Of a DNA stretch of 64,000 bases, positions 1 through 9,646 are shown piece after piece. The stretch is from Sulfolobales archaeon HS-7 (GTDB lineage: Archaea > Thermoproteota > Thermoprotei_A > Sulfolobales > Sulfolobaceae). The position numbers and the translations under genes are program-made. Where the stretch lies: positions 448,001 through 512,000 of the forward strand of contig AP024596.1 in the NCBI GenBank assembly GCA_019704295.1, in the 5' to 3' direction. The notes beneath the pieces were generated by a model. It ran no database searches. It had not been told where the DNA came from and saw only the letters and a list, made by a program, of their open reading frames with translations. The first letter of the stretch is position 1. Each line of letters opens with the position of its first letter.

Positions 1-526
1 CAGCTTGGTTGAAAAATTAATCACGTCAAATCTGACACAGCTATTAAACCAGACCTTTAGTCTCACGAATTCGTTCAAAAGCTTTCCACTTAACATATCG
101 TACAACATTAGTTACGCTCCCAATAGTACAACTACGGTTACCGTTGAATCATCTCAGTATAGCGCTAACATATATAACCTCCACGGACTTATTGTTGCAA
201 GCTATAATGGAGGGTTAATGTCTCAAACATATTCTGGTAACCTTACATCACATTTATCCGGTCAGGTTGCAGTAATTAAAGTAACTGGAACTTTATATAG
301 CGCCTATCTCACTGCCACACTAAACACGTACTCATCATCAGGGATGAACTCCATGATGTTTCCCTCATCGCTCAACACATTTTCAATAGAAGTGCAATTG
401 GTAGGCACTAACGCGTTACCTGTCCAAGGTAACTCCATGATGACTGACGAGATTATTATAGGCGTACCCTCTGTGTTGGCAGTTGTAGGAGCAGTGGCTT
501 TCTTATTGATAACTAAGAAAATTTAG
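1..526 (+). CDS. Secreted/surface protein with C-terminal membrane anchor, 5'-truncated by the window edge
   Basis: Ser/Thr/Asn-rich ORF ending in a hydrophobic helix plus basic tail (IIIGVPSVLAVVGAVAFLLITKKI), followed by a T-tract; frame open to the window start. Confidence 0.75.
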   Translation, partial: SLVEKLITSNLTQLLNQTFSLTNSFKSFPLNISYNISYAPNSTTTVTVESSQYSANIYNLHGLIVASYNGGLMSQTYSGNLTSHLSGQVAVIKVTGTLYSAYLTATLNTYSSSGMNSMMFPSSLNTFSIEVQLVGTNALPVQGNSMMTDEIIIGVPSVLAVVGAVAFLLITKKI

Positions 527-648
527 TTTTTTTAAGATAAACTACCTTAAATCCTAGTTAAATTAGATTTCTATTTTTCGCTCTTCGAAAAGTTCTAATA
601 ACAGCATTACTTAAAGCTAATATTATCATTTATTTAAGGGAGTATTTA

Positions 649-1479
649 ATGACAAAGATTTATTTAGGTCCGGCAGGAATACCCCTTTCTACGGAGAAGA
701 AAAGTACAGTAAATGGTATCAAAAAGGTAAAGGAGTTAGGACTAAACGCAATGGAAATAGAGTTCGTTAGAGGAGTTAACATGTCGGAGAAGGGAGCGAT
801 CGAGGCGGGAGAGATTGCGTCGCAGCTAGGAGTAAGACTTTCGGCACACGCCCCTTATTACATTAATTTATGTGCTGAGGAAAAAGAGAAAATGGAAGCC
901 TCAAAAAACAGAATCTTCGATACCGCACATAGGCTAGAACTTATGGGTGGTGACACTATTGCAATACACACAGCATTTTACGGTAAGAGAACTCCCGAGG
1001 AGTGCTATGAAATAATTAAGCAGAATATGCTAGAAATTACGGATAGAATGAAAGATAGCGGAATAAAGCGTGTAAAACTTGGAGTAGAAACCATGGCTAA
1101 GGAAACTGCTTTCGGAACGCTTGAGGAAGTTGTCAAATTATCCAAAGAAGTACCCAGAGTAGTCCCTTACATAGATTGGGCACACACTTTCGCAAGGCTA
1201 GGGGGGAAGATAAATTATGGAGAAGTATTGGATTACGTGATTAAGGAGACTGGTATTACGCACATTAACTCTCACTTCGAGTCATTAGTGTTTAGGAAAG
1301 GAAAGTACGTAGATGTGCATAAAAGCATTGATGATAATGCTCCTCCCTTTGAGCCGTTAGCAAAGGAGTTGATAAAACGGGACATATCAATAACATTAAT
1401 TTGCGAAAGCCCGTTATTGGAGGAGGACGCGTTAAAGATGAAAAAGGTACTAGAGGACCTAGGTTACTCTCTAAGCTAA
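649..1479 (+). CDS. Endonuclease IV-family AP endonuclease (TIM barrel)
   Basis: Motifs LSAHAPYYINL, ETM, DWAH, HF, ICESP match metal ligands of archaeal EndoIV. Confidence 0.88.
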   Translation: MTKIYLGPAGIPLSTEKKSTVNGIKKVKELGLNAMEIEFVRGVNMSEKGAIEAGEIASQLGVRLSAHAPYYINLCAEEKEKMEASKNRIFDTAHRLELMGGDTIAIHTAFYGKRTPEECYEIIKQNMLEITDRMKDSGIKRVKLGVETMAKETAFGTLEEVVKLSKEVPRVVPYIDWAHTFARLGGKINYGEVLDYVIKETGITHINSHFESLVFRKGKYVDVHKSIDDNAPPFEPLAKELIKRDISITLICESPLLEEDALKMKKVLEDLGYSLS

Positions 1480-1803
1480 CTTAAACGACGGTTTTTGAGC
1501 CTCATGAGTTCCCATATACACCAGGCAAAGTTATTGGAAATCCATAATTCCGAACATCGAGGCGGAATTATTCATGGAAATATGACAAATTCCGTTTATT
1601 TACACTAATGTAATAAATTTTATTGAATGTTATAGCGCGGTTAGGAATTTGCTCTTGGTTTTCTTCATTGTATTTACCTGTTTATGAAACGTAACTCCCG
1701 AAGAAATCTGAGCTATCCTGAACAGCGCCTTTAAGGATAAAGTTATAAAACATTAATCTTACTAAAATATAGTGAAAATTGCTGAGATTAGAGGTGTATT
1801 AAG

Positions 1804-3219
1804 ATGAGTTCTATTAAAATCCTCTCGGCGTTCATTATTACAATTATTGTACTAACTACTGCTTTAGCTACACTTTATTTGTATACTCCGGTGCTAATAG
1901 GATATCAAACGACATCAGATGGTGTAATAGTATATTTTAAGAACGTTTTTGACCCATCTTTTATAATAAAAACATATGTAAATAATGCGTTAGCAAGCAC
2001 TATAATCTCGGTTTACATTAATCAACCCAATAACGTGAAATTTTATAAAGACTATTATGGGCAAACGTTAAAAATACCTTTTTCCGCAATAACGGAGTAC
2101 ATTAAGCCGTGGGAGAAATATAACGTAATAAATACGTCGTTACTTATTATAGCAACATATATACAGGGAGGAAAAGCGTACACGGCTGCAGAAGAAGTGG
2201 AGTATAACCCCTCCTGGCTATTGAATAACAATCCAATACAAATTGTCGCAACAATTAACATAGTACCGCACTTAGTAAAAGCGAACAACACAACAGGTGA
2301 GCAAATTACCGAACAACTAACAAACACTAGTAATGCGACAAAATACCCTTACACAATAAACGTAACCGAGAAGGAGTATGACGAACCGCAAATATATCTC
2401 TCCTCAGCTGTTTTCACGCCGGTCACAAGCATTACTTATTTCTATAATTTCTCTGTCCCATTGACCTGGGTAACACTAAGCAACAACGTGAAAAATAAGG
2501 ACAACTACACGTGGATAACTGTTGGAACCTGCTTTTTTGGTGGTAATGCAAGTTGGTTCGGAGTAAGTAACCCTAAAGGTTCATATATAGGAGTTTCCTA
2601 TTCAACCCATATACATGATACTATTTATGATAGCCCGGTTAAAGCTAGTCTTTCAAATTTATCTTACCCAATAATTTACAATTACTATAATGCTACGATT
2701 GCAGCAGTTACTTATGTGGTGTGTAAGAGTATACGTGGTCTTAATATACCGGTAGGAAATACATCAGTCTTGGAAATTTCTTCTATATCTGGTCTCGGAA
2801 GTAACGTCGAGAGTGGTGATGGTGTGACTCGTATTGTTTTCACTAATTCTACTGGTAAATATGTTTATTATTTACATATTGGTAATGGTAGCGTAAAGTT
2901 ATTTTATACCTATTTTGGGGAATTTATTAAGACTCTGAAAGGTCTCCAATACGGTTATGTGTATAAGGAAAATGGGAAAATTGTAAAAGCAGAAAACGTT
3001 AGTATCGGAGGAAACAATGACTGCTTTTACGTTTGGTGTATTTTAAGACCCAACAACCAACCAGAATTACGTCCCATAGGCACACAAGCGATGCTTGTTT
3101 CATCCGGTAATGCTCAGGTATATTTTAGCTATTTTTATTATTCTACTAGTTGGGGAATGCCTATATCAGGTTTCATACTTAACTATTCATCTTATTACGA
3201 GGGGTTGAAGTACGAATAG
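1804..3219 (+). CDS. Secreted Asn/Tyr-rich hypothetical (glyco)protein
   Basis: N-terminal hydrophobic signal/anchor, many N-x-S/T sequons, GAGGTG ribosome-binding site upstream. Confidence 0.75.
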   Translation: MSSIKILSAFIITIIVLTTALATLYLYTPVLIGYQTTSDGVIVYFKNVFDPSFIIKTYVNNALASTIISVYINQPNNVKFYKDYYGQTLKIPFSAITEYIKPWEKYNVINTSLLIIATYIQGGKAYTAAEEVEYNPSWLLNNNPIQIVATINIVPHLVKANNTTGEQITEQLTNTSNATKYPYTINVTEKEYDEPQIYLSSAVFTPVTSITYFYNFSVPLTWVTLSNNVKNKDNYTWITVGTCFFGGNASWFGVSNPKGSYIGVSYSTHIHDTIYDSPVKASLSNLSYPIIYNYYNATIAAVTYVVCKSIRGLNIPVGNTSVLEISSISGLGSNVESGDGVTRIVFTNSTGKYVYYLHIGNGSVKLFYTYFGEFIKTLKGLQYGYVYKENGKIVKAENVSIGGNNDCFYVWCILRPNNQPELRPIGTQAMLVSSGNAQVYFSYFYYSTSWGMPISGFILNYSSYYEGLKYE

Positions 3220-3238
3220 GCTAATATATTTTTTCGTA

Positions 3239-3691
3239 GTGTATTTACTATTTTTCTTTATAGGGCTGTTATTTTATGACTTAAGTGACTTGCTCACTGC
3301 TTATCCCATTCCAGTACCCTCATTCCTATTTTATACACCTCTCACCCATATGGTATTTATCGACATTCAAATTTTGGCAACACCTCTACTATTCTTGCTA
3401 TTCTATTTTGCGACAAAAAAGAACAACGTTCTTACTCTAATTATAGGGTATTACATAATGTTCGTTCTATTCTTTTTTTCGCACGCAGTTTTTTTCCTCT
3501 TCATTTTATCATTGATTGGTCTAGGAATGTTCATCACAGTAATTCCCAGTTTTACCTCAGTCTTGAGTAAAGTATTTTGGGGAATATCATCGCTCTATTT
3601 GATAGTGATGATGGTGAGCCCCTATTACTCATTATTTATAATACCTAGTGTAATAGCTTCTGGAGCGGAAATAATGAAGTTAGTGAAATAG
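3239..3691 (+). CDS. Small multi-pass membrane hypothetical protein
   Basis: 150 aa, almost entirely hydrophobic; begins 19 bp after the upstream stop. Confidence 0.65.
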   Translation: MYLLFFFIGLLFYDLSDLLTAYPIPVPSFLFYTPLTHMVFIDIQILATPLLFLLFYFATKKNNVLTLIIGYYIMFVLFFFSHAVFFLFILSLIGLGMFITVIPSFTSVLSKVFWGISSLYLIVMMVSPYYSLFIIPSVIASGAEIMKLVK

Positions 3692-3696
3692 GGGTT

Positions 3697-4583
3697 GCCC
3701 GTTCACATTTCCTTTGGGAATTCAGTTTATTTCATTAGTTTAAGATAAAGTAATTGACTATACACAGAATAACATTAATTAGGAGGGGGAAACATGTCAT
3801 GAACTCACTCCTTCTTGACAAAAGGAGCTTCCTGTTTCAAGACTTCACTCTGGCTAGAGGGCTCCGCACACCATGATGATCACATCCCGAGTTTACGTTA
3901 GTGCCCCGCATAGGACAACCGATTAGAGCAGAGATATACCACGACGGTCCTCGCTCAGGCGTCTTGGGACGCTTACTCCGTCAATCGCTGTCATTGATTT
4001 ACGGGTTGGAAACTACTTAAACTTATACAAAGGGGCCTATCTATCCTCGTGGATCTTCCGTCCCCAAATCCTCCATCGAGTTAAATTGTTTTCCACACTA
4101 CGTAACACTGAAAAAGATTTTTCGTAAAGCGTCTACTCGACATTGGTAGGATTTATTAGTAGAGGAGAACAGAAACGAAGGAACAAAGAATAAGGGTATT
4201 AGTCTGATAACTTCTCGGAAATACCATTAATTTTCCGGGCGATACCAATGTTAGTAACTATGAATATTTCCTAATATTTATTAACTTATTATCTTGTAAT
4301 TATATTTTTAGACCTTAAAGACCCATAGTCCTTTTACGAGCCCTTGGGACATTCACACTTTCATTGTTAATTGTAATTTCAGAGAGAGCAAGAGAAAATA
4401 CAGTAAGTCGCTAAGTTTAAATCCCCTCAGTGATTGCGGAGGTATTGAATTAAATTTGTTACTGTTATGAAATAAAATGAATTCACGAAGGAGATGTGAA
4501 TAGTCAATTACCGAGTTCGCAACGAATTAGTTGATTTTAGACTAAAAAAATAAAGTGAATCCACAATTAAGTGTGAACGGCCC
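3697..4583. repeat. Cluster of four ~35-40 bp related repeats (two forward: 3697-3733, 4346-4367; two reverse: 4469-4505, 4541-4583)
   Basis: 3697-3733 matches the reverse complement of 4469-4505 at 30/37 nt; consensus about GGGCCGTTCACA-N-GTGAATTCAGTTTATTT; related copies at 1569-1601 and 19238-19274. Confidence 0.65.
3799..4080 (-). mobile_element. Non-autonomous IS200/IS605-derived mini-element (SMN1-like), copy A
   Basis: Colinear similarity to 34960-35264; on the minus strand it is preceded by TTTAA and ends TGAAACAGGAAG-CTCCTTTT-GTCA-AGAAGGAG-TGAGTTCAT (subterminal hairpin). Confidence 0.72.
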
Positions 4584-4677
4584 TCACAAGAGTACAGAAT
4601 TTCTAATTATTTAGATTAACTAAATTTTAGGGCTAGGAATTCGCTCATGAACAGCATAAAATTCAAGAATGTTCTAG

Positions 4678-5079
4678 TTAAGTTCCCTCCAAGTAAGACA
4701 GTAACATTTCTAATCCCTTATCTTTGCCACTTGCGATCTCGTACCCTATTCTCATCCAGAGATCGATTCCGCCTAGCATATTGTAGCACTTCCTGAATAA
4801 GTTACTTTTTGTCCGGGTGAGGTAATAGCTTCTATTTCCGTGTTCGCATGCGATCACAACCTCCTTATCTGCAAGAATATTAGCGAAATCTTCAACGAAT
4901 TCCATCGGAATAAGTATTGAACCAGGAATGTGATGATCCAAATACTCCTCAATAGTCCTGATATCCACTATCATCACTTCACCTCTTCTGTACATCCTCC
5001 TTACCGTTGAGGGATACTCGTCAATGACATTCCTCAAATAAGGCATCCGATACTCCGATATTTTCACGGTATTGGACAA
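4678..5079 (-). CDS. Rhodanese-like domain protein
   Basis: IVDIR..EY..HIPGS, active-site loop CEHGNRS, LGGIDLW. Confidence 0.88.
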   Translation of the reverse strand: MSNTVKISEYRMPYLRNVIDEYPSTVRRMYRRGEVMIVDIRTIEEYLDHHIPGSILIPMEFVEDFANILADKEVVIACEHGNRSYYLTRTKSNLFRKCYNMLGGIDLWMRIGYEIASGKDKGLEMLLSYLEGT

Positions 5080-5144
5080 GATAGTGTTAATTTAAACTTT
5101 ATTACGAATGATGAACCACAAACTATTACGAAAGGCGGAATATC

Positions 5145-5447
5145 ATGAGAAACGAACTGTTGAACAGAGCAATATTTCTGATCAACTACGCTAGGAGATT
5201 GGCAGAGTCCGGTTACCTGGATATAAGCAGGGAGGTCGTGAAGCTGGGATTGACGTATTCCTCAAAAGGAAGAGTAAGGCTCCCCCTAGAGGTAAAGAGA
5301 AGTTTTTGCAGGAAGTGTTATGTTCCATTAATTATTGGGAAAACTGAGACAAGAAGAATAAGAAGGGGATATATTGTAAGGACTTGTAATTTATGCGGAT
5401 GGAAAAGGAAATATCCTGTAAGAAATCTAAGGGGTAAAATTCCATAG
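5145..5447 (+). CDS. rnp4: RNase P protein component 4 (Rpp21)
   Basis: Basic 100-aa protein with KRSFCRKC..LI.G and CNLCG Zn ribbon. Confidence 0.88.
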   Translation: MRNELLNRAIFLINYARRLAESGYLDISREVVKLGLTYSSKGRVRLPLEVKRSFCRKCYVPLIIGKTETRRIRRGYIVRTCNLCGWKRKYPVRNLRGKIP

Positions 5448-5579
5448 TGTCGTAAATCGGAAGTGCTTCATTATTTAAATTTCCTCTCGAGTAAAAAGTA
5501 CCTATTCCTATCGGGCTCTAAATTCATGATTTTAATACAAAACGTTGCTTGTCTCTCCGCTATACTACGACTTACTTCT

Positions 5580-5915
5580 TTAGATTTTGACTGTGTTGAA
5601 TTGGACGCGTTCGTCAACGAATATAGCCATCACTCTATCCCCTATAGTCGCTGGAGAAACTACATTAGCGTACATCTTGAACCCTTCCTCCATCTCAATT
5701 ATGGCATAGTAGTATGTCCTTCCACCGTTGTTAAAGGAAGTAATTGAGTACACTTTTCCTGATCCCTTACTTTCGGAAACTTCAAACTCATGGGAGGTGC
5801 ATTTAGGACACCTAACCTTAGGATAGTATGTGGAATATCCGCATTTTTTGCACCTTAAGTAAGGAAGTCGTCCTTTCCTAATGATGTCTCCATATTTGAC
5901 CAGAAGGTCCTCCAT
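5580..5915 (-). CDS. DUF35-family Zn-ribbon/OB-fold protein
   Basis: CKKCG..YP...CPKC, G.VYS.T, MEEG; 1 bp downstream of the thiolase gene. Confidence 0.88.
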   Translation of the reverse strand: MEDLLVKYGDIIRKGRLPYLRCKKCGYSTYYPKVRCPKCTSHEFEVSESKGSGKVYSITSFNNGGRTYYYAIIEMEEGFKMYANVVSPATIGDRVMAIFVDERVQFNTVKI

Positions 5916-5916
5916 C

Positions 5917-7059
5917 CTATTCTCCCCGTAAAACCATTGTAACTGAGTGGGCTCTATTCCACCCGCCTATGCCGTTAATTAAAACCCTTTGTACTCCCTT
6001 TACTTGTCTCCCCATTGCGCGTCCTCCCAACTGTTCTATTGCCTCTTCTAGGATAACGCCCCCGCTCATGAAGGCCGGCTGGCCGGTATTAAGCGTTCCA
6101 CCGCCAGTGTTAACGGGAATCTCTCCTGTGGGGGACACATCCTTTTCCTCGAAGAACTTCCCTCCATCTCCCTTCTTTGCAAGTCCCAGATCCTCTACCT
6201 GTAATAATACCGTTATGGTGAAAGAATCGTAAAGTTCTAAGGCATCTACCTTATCCAGATTTACTCCTTTTCCGCTCTCGAGTGCAGGAGTATAGGTGAC
6301 GTCTAGGTCTCTATCAGGCGGCATTTCTGGCCAATGAGCTTCCCTATAAAATTCTACTGAAACATCAACGTAATCTCCGGTTAATCCCTTTCCTACAAGA
6401 AAGAGATTAAATCCATCAATTGGATATACCACTTCTAATAATCTTAAAGGATCCGCTATCATTCTCGAGGACAAAACTTCCTTAACTGAAAGAGGACTCT
6501 TGTAAATTGCCTTAGGATTTGACTCCGCATTTTTCCTTTGCTTAACCGAAATCGTAGCCCTCTCCTCATCGGTGGAATGGTAAAGGAACTTATGTCTGTT
6601 GGCCACAAGAGCATAATCCGTTACTGGATTCATATCATCGTAAATCCTGAAAAGCTCGTCATAGGGTGTAATTGAGTAAGGCAGTACTTTGTCAACGGAG
6701 TCTGCTGTGAATCCCTTTTCCCTTAACATTGAGCCCTTACCTCCCACAACACATAGAATTTTTTCCGCCATCCCTGCCTCTACAGCCCTTATCGCTTCGT
6801 AAAGCATTGTCATGGCTGACGGTCCACCGATATCAAGCACTCTCAAAATTCTGGGTTTTATTCCTAAAAACGACGAAATCTGCGTTGAAGGAAAGTGTAA
6901 CTCCTTTTTGTCGAAAGTCCCCGGAAGTTGTGTGAAGAACAGTCCGTCAATCGTACTGGTTTCAGTGTTAGCAGATAAATCGATAAAGACCTCCTTAAGT
7001 AGATCGACTACAGACCCTGAATACTTCTTATATAATTTACTAGCGTATGCAACTCTCAT
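5917..7059 (-). CDS. Thiolase-superfamily (SCP-x/Ltp2-like) protein
   Basis: A..NP.A, ELYDSF, PVNTGGG.L, EAIEQL.G...RQV motifs. Confidence 0.85.
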   Translation of the reverse strand: MRVAYASKLYKKYSGSVVDLLKEVFIDLSANTETSTIDGLFFTQLPGTFDKKELHFPSTQISSFLGIKPRILRVLDIGGPSAMTMLYEAIRAVEAGMAEKILCVVGGKGSMLREKGFTADSVDKVLPYSITPYDELFRIYDDMNPVTDYALVANRHKFLYHSTDEERATISVKQRKNAESNPKAIYKSPLSVKEVLSSRMIADPLRLLEVVYPIDGFNLFLVGKGLTGDYVDVSVEFYREAHWPEMPPDRDLDVTYTPALESGKGVNLDKVDALELYDSFTITVLLQVEDLGLAKKGDGGKFFEEKDVSPTGEIPVNTGGGTLNTGQPAFMSGGVILEEAIEQLGGRAMGRQVKGVQRVLINGIGGWNRAHSVTMVLRGE

Positions 7060-8531
7060 TTCTTCTCACGTAACGCTCTTCTTAACACTTTACCTGAGGC
7101 ATTTTTAGGTATTTCGTCAACAATAAATACTTCGCGAGGTACTTTATAGGGAGTTAGTTTTTCTCTACATAGAGTAATAATTGAGTTTTCAATCCCAATA
7201 CAGTCACCCCTGGGTTTAACGAAAGCGACTACTCTCTCTCCGCGATATTCGTCTGGAAGACCAACGACGGCTACTTCTTCAACACAAGGATGACTGTAGA
7301 TTACTTCTTCCACCTCGCGTGGAATTACCTTAAAACCGGAGGTATTTATGATGTCCTTTTTCCTATCTATTACGTATACCCAACCGTTGATTAGCTTACC
7401 AAGATCCCCTGTTGGTAACCATCCTCCCGGGAATCCCTCCTGATAAAGATATCCTTTTACTACCTGGGGACCCCTTACGAAAATTTCCCCATCTCTGATA
7501 TCAATCTCCGTATTATACACTGGAATACCCGAACTGACGACCCCTGTTTCAGGATCCACAGGCAAAGGTCCGGTATAAGGGTAGGGCCAAAGCGTAGCAG
7601 GTGACGTAGTTTCGGTTAGACCCCACGCCATATATATCCACGAACCTGTCTTTTTTTTCCACTCCTCTTCCACAGACCTCGGCATTGCCATTCCTCCCGA
7701 GGACCAAAGTCTCATGCTTTCTATATCTCCTTGGAGATTTCTTAACATAGCTATATAGGCAGTGGCTACGGCCATAGTGACAGTGGTTTTATTCTTCTCT
7801 GCATCTAGTAAGGACATTTCCGGTTCAAACTTATAATGCATAGAGATCTTACCACCTGCCATAATCATTGAAGTAATGTGGAATATCTCCCCTGTGATAT
7901 GGTAGAATGGAGCTATACCTAGTACTACATCCTCTGGAGAAAATAAAAACCACTTGTTGTAAATTAGGGAGGAAGCGAATATATTGGAATGCGTTATCGG
8001 AACCCCCTTCGGTCTTCCCGTTGTACCTGAGGTGTAAACGATCAAAGCGATATCGTCTTTTTTTGGGCTTAAAGGAGGCAACTCTCCTCTAAGGGTCAAG
8101 AGCTCCTCTTCACAGTCTGGAATATCCCACTTATGAATGTAAGGATTTCCCAGACTTAGGGGATTAGTTTTAATTACTTGTAAATTACTTGGGCTTCTCA
8201 CTTCACACGACTCTATTGCGATCTTCGCTTTTGAATCCGAAATTAGGTAATTTTTCTCCTCCCTAGAAAGAAGGGGGTTTAATGGAAGCACTACTCCCCC
8301 CAAAGACCAAATTGCGTATTCCGCAATTACAAATTGAGGTATGTTATTCATAGAGATCGCAACTACATCACCTCTAGAAACTAATTCTGAAAGTCCTCCG
8401 GCGATCTTTTTTACAAGATTTCCGAAATCCCGATAGGTAGTGCCCTTCCCGAAATAGGTTAGGACGTACCTGTCACCGAACATTGAAATTGATCTATCTA
8501 GCACTTCCACTGCTGTGAGAGGAGAAGTCAA
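7056..8531 (-). CDS. Acyl-CoA synthetase (AMP-forming)
   Basis: YTSGTTGRPKG, WGLTET, TGDLG, DRKKD, PKNASGK. Confidence 0.92.
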   Translation of the reverse strand: MTSPLTAVEVLDRSISMFGDRYVLTYFGKGTTYRDFGNLVKKIAGGLSELVSRGDVVAISMNNIPQFVIAEYAIWSLGGVVLPLNPLLSREEKNYLISDSKAKIAIESCEVRSPSNLQVIKTNPLSLGNPYIHKWDIPDCEEELLTLRGELPPLSPKKDDIALIVYTSGTTGRPKGVPITHSNIFASSLIYNKWFLFSPEDVVLGIAPFYHITGEIFHITSMIMAGGKISMHYKFEPEMSLLDAEKNKTTVTMAVATAYIAMLRNLQGDIESMRLWSSGGMAMPRSVEEEWKKKTGSWIYMAWGLTETTSPATLWPYPYTGPLPVDPETGVVSSGIPVYNTEIDIRDGEIFVRGPQVVKGYLYQEGFPGGWLPTGDLGKLINGWVYVIDRKKDIINTSGFKVIPREVEEVIYSHPCVEEVAVVGLPDEYRGERVVAFVKPRGDCIGIENSIITLCREKLTPYKVPREVFIVDEIPKNASGKVLRRALREKK

Positions 8532-8551
8532 TTCGGGTAAGAATTCACCTT

Positions 8552-9277
8552 TTACAGTGATAGTCCACCACCGACTTCTATTATTGCTCCATTTACGTAG
8601 GAAGCTTCTTCCGATACTAAAAACGCCACAACATTAGCTACCTCCTGTGGAGAACCAACCCTTCTAAGGGGTATTCTTTCGATTATTTTCTCCTTAACTT
8701 TGTCGGGAACAGCCCTAGTCATGGAGGTATCAATGAATCCTGGAACTAAGGCGTTTACAGTGATATTGTACCTTCCTAGTTCTCTGGCTAGGGTTCTAGT
8801 AAAGCCTACGATACCAGCTTTTGCTGCCGCGTAATTCGCTTGACCCACATTGCCCAACCAACTAGCAGATGACATGTTAATTATTCTACCCCACTGCTTT
8901 TCCACCATTTTACCCACACATGCCTTTGTTAGGTAGTAAGTTCCGTAAAGGTGAACTTTAATAACTTCGTCCCATTGCTCATCCGTCATTTTTAAGAATA
9001 GAGCGTCCCGAGTTATTCCGGCATTATTGATTACTATATCGAAGCCGTCAATGCCTAGTTTTTCCTTAGCTGAATTAACGAATTCCTCCACAGATTTCCT
9101 ATTTGAAACGTCTAGGACTTCCCCTATTACATTATCAAGACCCATCTCATCCCTTATTTTCCTTACCTCAGGATTTACGTCACCCGCAATCACCGTTATC
9201 CCCCTTGATGCCAACTTCTCAACTATGCTTCTCCCTATTCCCCTATATCCCCCAGAAATTACTGCGATTTTATTCAT
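8552..9277 (-). CDS. fabG: 3-oxoacyl-reductase-like SDR (FabG family)
   Basis: GGYRGIG, NNAGITRD, YAAAK; start taken at the ATG of MNKIAV. Confidence 0.85.
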   Translation of the reverse strand: MNKIAVISGGYRGIGRSIVEKLASRGITVIAGDVNPEVRKIRDEMGLDNVIGEVLDVSNRKSVEEFVNSAKEKLGIDGFDIVINNAGITRDALFLKMTDEQWDEVIKVHLYGTYYLTKACVGKMVEKQWGRIINMSSASWLGNVGQANYAAAKAGIVGFTRTLARELGRYNITVNALVPGFIDTSMTRAVPDKVKEKIIERIPLRRVGSPQEVANVVAFLVSEEASYVNGAIIEVGGGLSL

Positions 9278-9523
9278 ATTGTAAAATATAATTCCCAATA
9301 TATAGTGCTAACCCGTCTTCGTCGTGTCTGAACTACTCAAGACTTAAAAAGTAAACTATATCGTCTTTCTATTTTTCCCTTCTAAAGCTAACTTGAACCG
9401 ACGGAGATTCCGTTTAATCATTATGTAATGCCTTGAGGAAAAATTACAGAGTCACTCCATTAATTTTAATTCCCTAAGGCTGAAAAATATTACTTAGAGT
9501 TCTTAACCTGAATCGTCAGGTAA

Positions 9524-9646
9524 ATATTATTAGCACTCTCCTAAGTTTAGGGGTTTTTACAGTGCTAGAGAAAGCAATTGAAAGCTCCTAACCCAACGGG
9601 TCATTCGAATAACTGTTAACCCTAGTTAAGTGAAATCCAGGAGGAC
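9524..9646 (+). repeat. Dispersed ~125-bp non-coding repeat, inverted partner at 11650-11772
   Basis: TATTATTAGCACTCTCCTAAGTTTAGGGGTTTTTACAGTGCTA aligns with the reverse complement TATTATTAACACTTTCCTAAGTTTTAGGACCTTTACAGTACTA; similarity continues to AGTGAAAT.C.GGA. Confidence 0.65.

Noticed and set aside
5108-5165. C/D-box sRNA (ATGATGA upstream of rnp4)
   Set aside because: No properly spaced CTGA D box; other TGATGA hits (43455, 55199, 59387) also lack D boxes.
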